From: Phoronis australis
Taxonomy: Eukaryota > Animalia > Phoronida
NCBI GenBank assembly: GCA_002633005.1
Contig: NMRA01000156.1
Coordinates: forward strand, 1 to 64,000
Length of the DNA stretch: 64,000 nucleotides
Direction of reading: 5' to 3'
In this document: piece after piece, positions 51,949-64,000 of the stretch
How positions within the stretch are numbered: position 1 is the stretch's first letter
How the letters are laid out: each line of letters opens with the position of its first letter
Program-made: the position numbers and the translations under genes
The notes under the pieces: generated by a model
Seen by the model: the letters and a program-made list of their open reading frames with translations, nothing else
The model's database searches: none
Told to the model about the DNA's origin: nothing

Positions 51949-52450
51949 TTATGGTTATGTAGGAACCTAGGAAAATGTCAAATTTGACCAACTTCGGAAC
52001 ATCATATCTCAAAAATGCCTGATCGAATACTTATGTAACTTTGAGCAACTCTGCTCCATACATTGTTCTCTAAAGCACTGTTCGGAATTGTTTTCAAATT
52101 GTTCCACTTTTGCATGTGTAGCTATCAAAATATAGGACTTTCGTGATTTTGATGAAAAAACTCAGTTGAAGAAAACGAAAACAAAATTGTAATTTAGAAA
52201 ACTATGACAGCATTCAGATTTCATCCTGAACTCTTCAATCAAAACAAAATCTGGTATTGTTATTGATAACATTGTTTGCTAATGTACCTGTGTATGTTTT
52301 GCTAGATTTTACTTAAAAAGACATGCTCACATGAACCAGTAAAGGGAAGATTAGGTAAAAATCAAATTCTACAGGTACTCTACGTGTACGAAGAATTTTT
52401 ACTATCGTTAACATCGTGTTACTATTATGTAGATTGGCTAAACACCTTAA
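51949..52450 (+). mobile_element. Near full-length copy of the TTAA-flanked element family
   Basis: Begins ttatggttatgtaggaacctaggaaaatg and ends aacaccttaa; colinear with the other copies. Confidence 0.7.
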
Positions 52451-54664
52451 ACTCAGCCTACACTCATCTCTAAACATTTATGATAAGTTTCTGGGTACAT
52501 TCATACTAATACAAGTCTGATCACTGAGCGTTGCTACAGCAATCAAGAAACCACCTGTAGCTTGACACACCTTGAGATGAATTATCGGGTTGCAAGAAGT
52601 TAGAAAAGCACGCCAGGACTTAATAATAGAGGCTGCAGGCTGATCAGGGAAGATGGTGGAGCAAAGAGCAGGTGGAATACACTAGTAATAAACTCAAGAT
52701 ATCTGAGCCGAGCGTATATTATAATTGGGATGTATTGATTTTATGAATATATGCATTCATACATATTTGACAGCGACACAGACACGAGTCAATTTTGCAA
52801 TTTTACGAAGTGTCTCTGAATTGCAGGATAAATGTTTAGACTGTGAAAATAAATAAAATTAAAACTAAGAACAAATACGTATCACACATAAGTTTTTATT
52901 TGTACATTAAACTCAGCAGATCAGAACAAAGAAGCTTAACTTCAAGTGTAACAACATTTTTGTAGACAGCCAGCTTGGGTATGAGATCTGCAACATAGCC
53001 TTGAGCTGGTCATCCATTCTGTTAAACATATTCTCCTCAGAATATGATGGTGTCAGTTTCTATATATAAAAATACATGATTCATACCGAGAGGCACAGTG
53101 TTAAAGTCCCACACAGTGGTAATCAGGTGAAGCCAAAACCATCAATAAGGAATAAATCAGTGAATCTTCCCCATTGACATAATCAGTAAGTCAAATTGAT
53201 TCATAGTCTTATGAGTCACTAGGAATGCTAATTCGCTGCATCAAAAAAAAACAAAAAACAATGGGTTCCACATCTAACCATGAACCACAATAAAGGTTTC
53301 AAAGATGGCGTTGTACAGACCTAATCAAGGCATGGCAAGGAATAACCGAAGCTGTTCAAGGTCTTTATGTCTTTATGAAGGTACGAACATATAATCTCTC
53401 CAATTCAGGACACAATACGACTGGCAACTGAAATGTTATCACTTTTTCCAGCAACATACGCATGACCAAATTAAACGCTTTTCCATGTTACTAGTTTTGT
53501 ATCACTGCCACCACCAGACAAAGATTTGGACAGTTGCAAAGAGTCACAAAAATGTAAGACACATATGAAAAATCGAAACATGCAATTTTACCAATTATTT
53601 TTGTCCGCAATTTGTTTGTAATAAAAGTATATAAATCCATTTGAAGGATACAATTTAGGACTTCGAAAGAAGGAACACGGTGACTTGCTTATGGAACACT
53701 TTGGGACAGTCTGTATAATTCAGGACACTGAAATTTGAGCTAAAATTAAATTTTCTTGGGGTCAGGGTCTACGCGTAACCTTTGTACTCAAAACCGAATT
53801 TTTTTATTTTTGGCATTTTCCATGATTCTACTTTTGTGTAAACTCAAGATAGGTGTAAATTATGCTGTTCTCGGAGACATCATGCTTTATGCATGCGAGT
53901 TTCTAAGAAGTCCGTACTTAATGGCATATTGTGTACTCACAAACAGAACAGCAGACTCTTATCATGAGTTCACACCAAATTAGAATTAGAAAATCGCAAT
54001 TTCAATTTCAATTAGAAAGATTAGATTCTTTAGATTGGGAAGCCGGTGATTTTGGTGTTCATAATTTTCAAATACAGGACACAGCCTTCTGAATCAACAG
54101 AGTCGGAAAATTCACTTAGCAGTTCATAATTCATAGGAAAGAGCCATCTACGCATCAATTTCATGTTGTGTGAATTATTTTCATACGTTCCCATAGTGTG
54201 AACTTTGTCAATGACAATTCTATGATTTTAAGCAGCCAGTTATTTTCTGGTTCAAACTCTGACCTTGTGCAAAATAATTAATTTTTCACCGTCCGAAACT
54301 GGAGAATTCTTATCGCATATATAAGATCATTCTTCTTAAATCTGTTATATTTACCAAAAACGCTAAATGATCGTTTAAATTTTAAATTTCATCGCGAGAA
54401 TGTAAGTTATACAAGGTTTGTGGTTTGCTTGGGTTCAACATCGTATATTTAGCTGAAACTGTCATGCGTTGCCATACTGTCCACCATGTTTACTTCAAAA
54501 TTTTAACTACAGTAAGTCACTTAATCACAACAGAGACTTCACTCGCATAGTGTCAAAATAATATGCTATAAAACTTTTTAACAGATTGAAAGATTAATGG
54601 CTTTTTCAACTTAATGATGTACAACAACAGTAATTAGAATGCACAAAAGAGAACTTACTCACGT

Positions 54665-55220
54665 AGGAGAGCAACGTAAAGCATTGATATACACCCACCA
54701 TGTGCATCACACGCGGCGCAGATATAAGAGATCAGTATTTAAACATTGCAACTAAACACAGCAATGTTAAAAAATTAATAACGGTCTTTAGTGGGAGAAA
54801 GTCAGAAATGCTCACTTCAGTGGGAACACACCTGCCACTTTTCATCATGATTCTTCAAGAAGTTTGGAGGTTATGAATCAAAGCAGATGAGAAAGGACAC
54901 AAAAACAATAGAAATGCCAAAAAAGAATGACTGGTTCTCATCACTACTCTACACTACTAGATACCTGTATGCCAAATTTTATGAAAATCCATCAAAGAAC
55001 TTTAAAGATACAGAGGTAAACGAAAAACAATAAGTTTGCCACTATGGGGCACACTGGTAGTTGAATTCGTCCGAAAAATTCGTCCGAAAAATTCGTTCAT
55101 GCTGTCCCATCCATGAAAGGTACATATCTGTAAAATTTCATGAGCATATATTCAGCAGACGTCAGACAGACAAGGATGACACCATGATGCACCCATATAT
55201 AAATATGTGAATGCAAAAAA
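54665..55220. mobile_element. Shorter copy of the HINE-like element at 41646-42775
   Basis: Shared 5' block, ccactatggggcac at 55039-55052, cagac short repeats and terminal hairpin-like tgcacccatatataaatatgtgaatgca. Confidence 0.6.
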
Positions 55221-56241
55221 ATCTACCTGAGAATGGCAAAAATGGTGCCATTCTTTTATTCACGACTTGGCGAATCGTGGTGTTTAAAAACCTCGCTCAC
55301 CCTTATTTACGTGCACTTGTGCAGCTTTCCAAAAAACAAACAAAACCTTGTCTGAAATTGATTTAGGCGGACGTTTTATAGGTGTCAAAAATGAGTCCGG
55401 TAAAGACTTTGCTATTTTGGCCTAACCTGTAGACGGTATTCGATAACATACAAGGTAATTCCAGATGACATTGTCGTTTAATATGACATCAAAATTTCTT
55501 TCCAAACTGGCCAACTAAATTTGAAAATTGAAGTGACTACTAAAGTAATGTCTTCCGTGTGGAGGCAAAACTAAAGGACTGGCAGAAGTTCAAGTGGCAA
55601 AGTTGGGACTAGACTCTTATGGCCTCTAAAGGAGGAGGAGGAATTAAATTTAGTTTAAAACGCATCACGTCCAGCCACATACTGTAAAAGTAGTGCCTCC
55701 TGATACAGCCAGGTGGCAGTAAGGGTCAGGTGACCAGCCCCATAATGCTTCAGTTTCCCATTGGCTCTACCATCCAGATACCTAAACAGATCAAGAGTTC
55801 AATACATCTGGGGCATAGTAAATACAATCAAATCATAATTCGACTAGACAAGAGTTGGGGACAAGCTTCCCTGGATTTTAAACTTATTAATTTTTGCTTA
55901 CAGCAAGTCAGGCAGCTGGTCAATTGTTGCAACAGTTAATATGCAGCTAAATATTAATTTCAAAATAAACTGGGAAAATAAGCAATATGACTTATTTCTT
56001 TTATTTGGAAACACCTGACTTGAGATACCTCAAATAACTGTCTCACTTCCACTACTAGGTGTTGGCAGCCTAAATAGTGTAAAATATCTAAAATAAAAGT
56101 TTCTGACAATCCTCCAGCCATGTTCTAGATTAAACACGGTAATTTTAGTTAGTTGCTTTAAAAAAATATATTTAGGTACAGAATTACTGAATCTGACTTG
56201 GAAGTAATCTTCGAAGTGAGATCCTAACTGTCAACACACCG

Positions 56242-56525
56242 AAGGTTATGTAGGGACCTTAGGAAAATGACCAAATTTGGCCTACTTCAGAACATCATGC
56301 ACCAGAAACAGATGATCGAATTAACATGGAATTTTCAGATCCTATGCTTTATGTAAAGTTATCCAGAACTCTGTTTAGGAATTTTTTTCCACTGTTCTAC
56401 TTTCGCATGAGAGGCCATCAAAAATAGAACTTTCATTATTCTCATGATAAAATTCTTAAGTAGTATAAACTATTAAGCAAAAACAAGATATTTTAGAAAA
56501 CTGTAAACAGTGTTTTTGAGATAAC
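56242..56525 (+). mobile_element. 5' part of a TTAA-family element copy
   Basis: aaggttatgtagggaccttaggaaaatgaccaaatttgg... matches the 51953 onward sequence. Confidence 0.65.
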
Positions 56526-59500
56526 ATGAGACCCAATTAAAGGGGCAGGTTGGTAAAAGCCAAATATCCACGGTCTTTTTAATTTTAGAAATATATACTT
56601 TTAAATGGTTAAAATTTATAGCTTTGTAGATATTTGGCGAAACGTGCAGATTTGCCAATAACCTCTTACAGCACATAACCATAAGCCTAAGTTCTATGAG
56701 AAGATCCAATGTCACATAAAGGTAGGCAGGTGTGTACTTACTCAATGATAAGGGGCTAAACATATTTCTACCTTCCAATATGTACACTTAAAAAATGCCG
56801 ACTGGATGTTTCAAAAGCTGCGATGCTTTCTCGTTTCCTGTTACCCACATATATTTGGGTCTGGTACGTCATGCCTAAGCGCTTCGAAAGTACATTCAAA
56901 CCCGCATCTGATCTCGGTCTTGAGACAAAATCCTAATTGTATGAAGAGGCGTTCTTAATAAACGTGTACTTGTTAAAATTTATTTAAAAATTAGAGAAGG
57001 TAGATAAACCCGCCTTCCATGTAAAATGGACTAATTCCGGTCATAAAATTAGTCTGTTTTTAATCTCAGGTTAGGGACGATATTTCTGGCATTGAAAAGG
57101 ACTGGAAGCTGACAATTACCAAAAAACAAGGCTCAAAATGTTGACTTGCCACAAGAGGTCACTTTAGGCGCCTAACATGGTCCCAAGCATTAACAAAGTC
57201 TCAGCGCTTTTCAAGCCCAGATATCGCATCTCATCTGAATAACAAAAAAGTGGCGATCAACTATTAGGTCTGGTGACCTAAAACAATACTTGTTTCCTAT
57301 GAGTATATGGTGCAGCACCTTGAATCTAACTTATGTGTAACCAGTAAATGCAATGCAAAACGACTACCACTACGCATTCTTAATACTACAGTTGGAATGA
57401 AATCAACAGAGCAAAGCTAGGATCCAATTAAATAAAAGCAATCGAGGTGGAAATTACGTGGCAAAACTCATTTGAATAACTACCAGCATGGGACAATTAC
57501 AGGAGATTCATTTGCATCAGCCAATTCAATTACACAAGAAAATCGCCAAGCTAAGCACGATAGCAGATGAAGAAATATTTTAATTTTCAAATTATTTATT
57601 TAGATATGGCTGCCAATCAGTTCTGCAGTGTTTATCAACCGACGTGAGGCTACCCGCATCTCTTGTCACATTCGGATCCGGTGACGACTGTTTCCAGCTA
57701 GGAATCACCTGCATTGAACATAGCGGCCATGCTGGTGGTTCACAGTTCGGTGCACTAGAATTTGAGAACATGATCACTCTTCCTGATAGCCCACACCAAT
57801 TTCTGGCACCAGTAGTTAGTACTAAGCAACATGACGTTTGAAAGCACAACTTAGTTTGACAAGAACCAGAACAGATTATAGCCAGGTTAGTAGTGAAGAG
57901 GCATGTAGTAAACTGGCCACCAGGGGTCACCACTTCCTTGATTTAGCAGGATTGTTGGGCTTTCAAGATGTGGTTCTTTAGGACAGGCTCACAGCAGATC
58001 AATGGGTGCCCCCAAACACAACTTTCAAAGCAGATTGCCTGCGTATCCCCTAAAAATGGCATACCTTGCAGGGGGGCCTGAGCCCGTCTTAAATCTGGCT
58101 ATGCAGTTTCAGAAAATGTAAGAATCAAAATTTAACCATAACACTGAGCAACATTATAAAAAATGTTTCCAAGGTATATTTTCCACAAATCTTTGAGGTA
58201 CATATCGTCTAGATATAATTTTAATTCAGAGCAAATTTTGTTTCCCTAAAATTCAATGTTCTGCAAAAGCCAATGAAAGGCACAAAAACGACAAAACAGC
58301 GCTGACCTCAACTTCCTTCAGTCCTCAACTCGGCCAAGCTTGACAAACAAAATACGTGACAATTGTGATTGCAAAATGAGTTGGACTTCAGCCAACAAAC
58401 ACGCTACCTTTAACCGCCATGCCAGTTCACCTCGTAGAATAAAATGGCTGTCAAACAACATACAAAAATATTTCAGCCAAGCAATCCAACATAAACATGT
58501 ATCGAGTTGACACTCAGTCCCTCCTGTGATGGTATCTAACATTCTCAGTTCTTTTTAATGTGATCACCTGACATAAACGTCCAACATGACCATGTCAATG
58601 AATAGTGGTAAAATACAGGCCAATACTGGAGAACATGGGTGTATGGCGGATACAACCCATATGCCAACATTTGTCTGACACCATTAAGACTGGTCTCAGT
58701 TTACACTTCGTGTGAAAGAGACCCAGCAAGCACCATGGATTGAGCAAAGCGGGGAACTGTGGCTAGGAACATTTCACGTTTCTGACACGTCGTGGACAAT
58801 TCTACCACTATAGAGTCTCACACGCTGCACTTTCCATCAATTCAATCACGAGAGTCGGAACATTTGCATATGTCGTTTGCCTATGATTGCCAAGCCCTCA
58901 TTACTATTGGAGGCAGAAGGAAAGTGTGATTGTTAGTCTCATTCTACATGTTGTTCAGCATCCATTGAATAATACCATTATAGGGGGCCCTTATCTCGTC
59001 ACTAGAGGCAGGTGCTTCCATAAATGACAATAGCAAGCAGGTCTCTCTGCATGTGTATGCACCAAAGAGACAATGGTGACACCAACAGCCATTTGAAAAT
59101 CATTAAAGAAAGAAAAACATAATTTCCAAAACAAATAATGCGACAGAAATAAATTGGAGCACGTATGTAGGCAGTAGAAAGGAACAACAATATTTGATTA
59201 CTTATTATTTCTAGACAACTAAGAATAAATAAAGCTTTGTATATTGAGAGTGTACCTAGCCAATGATGTACAACAACTTGTCCCCAAGATGGCCAAAAAG
59301 CGTGTCTCAATTAAATAAATTTATAGAAAACTATTTTATAAGCATATTTTTGCAGTTGATATTTTTTGGCTGTTTGTAGTAACATTGACAGGTTTTGAAA
59401 ACGAGAAAAATCACATTGTTTATGCTACCTACGGTACTTCTAATAGTATAATAACATATATAAAAACATAAATATCTTTATTACGGCATATTTTTTAGTA

Positions 59501-61209
59501 CAGACACTAGGGGTTAGGGTAATTTTTCACAAGATGACCAATCAGTGTAAGACTATTTTCCTAAATTTCTCCACAAAAATAAATGCTAAGCTTTACTTCC
59601 CAACTGCCATAGTTTGCGGTGTGTAGTTGGCAATTATTTTCATTGGTAACAGTGCAGAATTATACTAATACCAGTATATAGACTGTGACAAGAAAACACA
59701 AGCCTTCATTGACAAAACAAATGCCATGAGAAATCCAAGTGGGTACAAAATATGTAATTAGTTACCTGTTGATTTGAAGTTAGTCTAAAACATCGCATTT
59801 GCTTAAATATAAAAACTAAGTCACTAGCATTATTTCATAAATAATTTGTCAAAAAATCTAACAATCAGACATCATTATCAGGGAACCTACTGAATTAGCA
59901 CTGAGTCAGAAATATGGTCTTACACTCCACACTATTTCTGAGACACAATTAAATCTTACTGCTGGAAAAATGCAAATTTGTAGAAAATTTACACGCAACT
60001 GCTAGTTAATGAGATAATTTGCATAAATAATTTCTTGACTGTGATATGCTCATACTTAGTTGGTTAACCTTTTTCAGCAGTTGTGAAGAGGGAGTCAGTG
60101 ACTAAATCCTTAGACATGAAAAGATCAATAATATTGAGAATTCAATGAAGAGTTTACTCTCAATTTGTATCAAAGCCAAAAATTGACTTAACAATGATAC
60201 TCAAACAGCTTAAGAAAGGACAATCAGAGTTTTCACAAACCCACAAATGCGAATTATTTGGAACTGTTTCATGCAACTGGGCAGAGAACACCTTGCAACA
60301 GTGAATTTGATTTTTAAAACCTTTCCAGAGCGATGAAACCTAATACTACCCTCAACACCTGTTGGTCACCGAATAAACAAAAATTAACATAATTTATGGA
60401 TTACTAATCGGTACTCTGTGTTTGAGTTAAGGGAAGATGTGCTAATTAAAAGTCTATCATTTATCTAATTGGTCGAGGTAAGAACTGCCAACAGGCATAG
60501 TGTGACATGCACAATGTGGCCAAGGAAAGGTGACAGAAAATGTGATGTAACATGAGCCCCAAAATAGGTTATTTGATGCCAGTTATTTAAGTAGGTATAA
60601 AAGGTGAATTTCATTTGATACAAGCAATAATTACAGATGTTAGCTTTCAGTTGTATGGCAAAGAATAGCTGTATGGATTTTAATGTAGGCATTGTTGATG
60701 ACAATCTTAACAAAAGGAAATTGAACACTTAGTAGTTTTGAATTTTAAATTGTATTTTAAAAAGATAGATTTCACCAAAAATCTACATTGTAGTCTACAG
60801 AAATGTATGTTTCATTGTTTCACAGAAATTTGTAGTTTAAATATTTATTGGCAATGTCTATATTTGTTTAAACAGATTATGATAAACACCAATGGGCACT
60901 TGAAACAAAGAGAATTACTGTAAGAAAATTTTAAAATTTAAATCTGAAAAAATCATACTTTTACTGTGAACAAAAATGAGGACTCTTCAAGAGGTTTACT
61001 AAACAAGTATCTGTGCAAGGTAAACTGCAGAACTGAAAGTTTTGAATAATCTAAAGGAAATGGAATACTTAGATTATGTAAGACTTTGTGGAAATATCTG
61101 TAAATTTTGCCAAATACCTACCAAATTATAGATTTCAACTCACTAAAATTATAATTTTCTGAAAGCGGAAAACTGGTGGAATTTTATCTTCCACTATCTG
61201 GGTCACACG

Positions 61210-61533
61210 ATCATGTGACAAAACAACGGCACGAAAAACAAATTTTGGTTGACACGATATCTCAAAAATGCTGTTACAGTTTTCTGGATTATCATTTGGT
61301 TTTAATTTTATGCAAATTTTATTTTTTTCATGAAAATTATTTTTTTATATTTTTTGATAGTCCCCCATGCAAAAAATGGAAGATTGTAAAAACAATTGTT
61401 AAAAGCGTTTTGCTGAAGAGTGCATAAATCATAGTACCCCAAAATTTCATGTGAATGCAATCAGCTATTTCTGAGATATGACGCTCCAAAATTAGCCAAA
61501 TTTGGGGATTTTTCGAGTCACACACAACCTTAA
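61210..61533 (-). mobile_element. Minus-strand copy of the TTAA-family element
   Basis: Reverse complement of the family blocks; ends cacaaccttaa. Confidence 0.55.
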
Positions 61534-62534
61534 ACGGGTTTTCAACTGGGAGGCAATTGTAACTACTCGTGATAAGTGGAGTCGCGGAATAAGAGAGATA
61601 AACAGGAAACATCATACCCCCTCCCCGGCAGCGAGTTTGGATAATACAAATAAATTTAAGATCAATTAGGCAAGTTTTCTGGCAGAGAATATGGGTTCTA
61701 CATATCCTTACCTAACTCTGTATTTCACATTTGACTTGTAAAACAACAATCAGTAATTACATTGAAAATTCTACTGTAAACTAAAATGAAATAAACAGAG
61801 CAACCAATAAAGTAGAATTTAAAAATATTATGCAAATAATTACTGAATAATCATAATTCGTTTTACACGACTTAGTTCTGTAAAAAATCAAATCCAGTGA
61901 AAATTAAATTCTAAACAGACAAAATAAATCATAGAAACAAAACGAAATATGCAACAACTTTCATTTAAAAACCTCTGCATGTTGAGGTTAAATTTCTCAT
62001 CAAAAATTGCTATCTCTTTAGTAATACACAAAACAAAAGTCAGAAGGTAGCACAAGCGTGTACCATTATGTTGCTATTTATTCCTCCATATTAAAACAGG
62101 TGTTTAAAACAACAATGAAATCAACATGTCTTTAGAGAAGGCAATGAAAACAGTAAACATGAGCCATAGGTTTCTTTCATAGATCACGGACAATAGATTT
62201 ACAGCTACTATCCTATGAAATTCCCAGAAGAGGCACCACTTTCTTCCAATGCCTAACTCAGCTTCAGTTTAGTAAGCAGACGACCTACTTGCCGGAAGCA
62301 AAACATGCATCACACCATGCGTCACTACTGAATAGTGATGGTCACGGTCAATAGTGGTGGTCGCGGCCAATGGTGGTCGCAACTTGTGCATAAGAGTTGG
62401 TGGTCCATATACTATAGTCTATCATGTTTTTATAGGCTTTAAAATAACATGTAAGTGAATGAATAAAACAAATCAAACAAGCTACACAAAAAACAGTGAA
62501 TACCGGGGCCCAGACCCTCAACAATTCACTTATC

Positions 62535-63465
62535 AAGATTATGTAGAACCTAATCAACATGTCAGTGTATTTAGCCATGTACCCACAACACTATACATAT
62601 CAACTGTGTAAAAGCATTTTCTGAAAGTAGAAAGCCTGTAGAATTTGATTTCTGACTTGATACCTTGTTGCTATTAATTGGATCGCGTGGCCATGTGTTC
62701 TTAGTATAATTTAGCAAAAAAGACAGGTACTTTCGAAGCAAAACAACGGTATCAATAACTTAATCAAATTTTGTTTGATATAAATGTCCAAGATGAAATC
62801 TCAAATGCTGTTACAGTTTTTCATTTTCTTGTGATACGAATCCCATCAGTCGTTTTTGAGATATTAGGTTTCAAAGTTGGCCAAATTTGACCACTTACGA
62901 GATTCCTACATAACTTAAAAGATTATGTAGGACCCTCATCCACAAGTCTATGCACTTAACCAAATATCTACACAACTAAAGGTAATTATATAAGTCTGTA
63001 AAAGTATTACACTTTCTGAAGCTTGTAGATTTTGATATTTAGCTTCCTACCAATATGTCGTTAATTGAATCGAGTGATCATGTCTTTTTAGAAAAGTTTT
63101 GCAAAAAAAATAATTCTAGGGTACATTCATAGCACAACAATGGTATCAGTAACACAACCAAAATTTGTTTGATATAAATGTACAAGATAACATCTAAGAA
63201 AAGCTGTTAAAGTTTTCTAAAATATTATTTTGTTTTTGTCTTATGCCATTTTTAAAATTTTCCATCAAAATCATAAGTCATATTTCTTGAGAGCAGCTCG
63301 TGCAAAAAGGAACGTTTATAAAAACAATTCCTAAAACCATGTTGGAACACAGCGCATAAAGCATAACGTGGGAAAGTTTCATCTGAATCCAATTAGCCAT
63401 GTCTGAGGTATGATGTCCCAAACTTAGCAAATTTTGAAATTTTTCTAAGATCCTACATACCTTAA
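62535..63465 (-). mobile_element. Two head-to-tail copies of the TTAA-family element (Kolobok-like by termini)
   Basis: Copy A about 62535-62914 (internally deleted) and copy B 62919-63461 share TTAA at 62915-62918; TTAA again at 63462-63465. Short TIRs aagattatgtagg / cctacata(a)c. Confidence 0.7.
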
Positions 63466-63877
63466 GTATTACTTAGGTTAAGTGAGAGCAAATGTAACAC
63501 GAAATGTCACTTGCACGTGTCATATGAGATCCTGACAGAATGAACCAGCAGTCAGATGCTGAAAATATGAGCAGTTGCGAATGGCTTGACGAGGGTACGT
63601 GAGACACTAACAGGACGAAAAGAGTACCACTAGATATAAGTATGCGAGACATAGTGAGCTTGTTTTTTACTAAAACCTATAGTCACTAGCACAAGACCCT
63701 GCGCGTCGTGCGCTGGACAGAATGTCACTTCAGCTGCATACGTGTCCTTGATTAACTCATGGCAACTCAAATATTATTGATGCTTCGGACGTTGCTGAAC
63801 CAATTTCGGGAACCCTTCACCTATTAAGCCCACAATATGGTAGCCTGGTGAAATTTTACTTTGTTAAATTTAGCAAC

Positions 63878-64000
63878 AACAAGAGCAATGTAGAGAGTTG
63901 AAATGCACCCACCGTGCGCTTCACAAAAGAGTGCAGATACAAGAGATGATCATTATTTTACTAATTTCTACCAAATGGAGCAATGCTAGTATACTTAATA
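63878..64000. mobile_element. Start of a third HINE-like copy, truncated by the window end
   Basis: aacaagagcaatgtagagagttgaaatgcacccacc...gcagatacaagagatgatc...ggagcaatgctag matches 41646-41760. Confidence 0.6.

Noticed and set aside
56900-57659. Two perfect ACCCGCAT GCM sites (56900, 57652)
   Set aside because: About 27 kb from gcm, 750 bp apart and with no other support; a few chance 8-mer matches are expected in 64 kb.
1-64000. CRISPR arrays, operons, rRNA genes, intact transposase or retroelement ORFs
   Set aside because: The sequence is eukaryotic; no constant repeat-spacer array, rRNA-like sequence or long mobile-element ORF was seen.

Overview
AT-rich animal genomic DNA with spliceosomal GT-AG introns, microsatellites and many MITE-like repeats. 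Repeat types and protein sequence suggest a marine invertebrate, possibly a non-vertebrate deuterostome (inference only). The one well-supported gene is a glial cells missing (gcm) transcription factor on the + strand. It has four coding exons (24322-24420, 25952-26201, 28514-28816, 28944-30163) with matching splice phases, giving about 623 aa with a complete GCM DNA-binding domain and a long S/T/P-rich tail. The rest is non-coding: non-autonomous DNA transposon families, foldback palindromes, Helentron-like tandem-repeat elements carrying CTCF-like motifs, microsatellites and at least one assembly-derived false duplication. I see no clear-cut new biological system. The best leads are: (i) a 1.67-kb TIR element with a 9-bp TSD and 360-bp internal direct repeats, plus a 66-bp TIR-only relative; (ii) periodic arrays of CTCF-like motifs either side of gcm; (iii) a GCM-site/Su(H)-like cluster upstream of gcm; (iv) a PDSM plus beta-TrCP degron cassette in the Gcm tail; (v) a CpG/skew transition near 40 kb hinting at an unseen minus-strand gene body. 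All coordinates and counts were read by hand.
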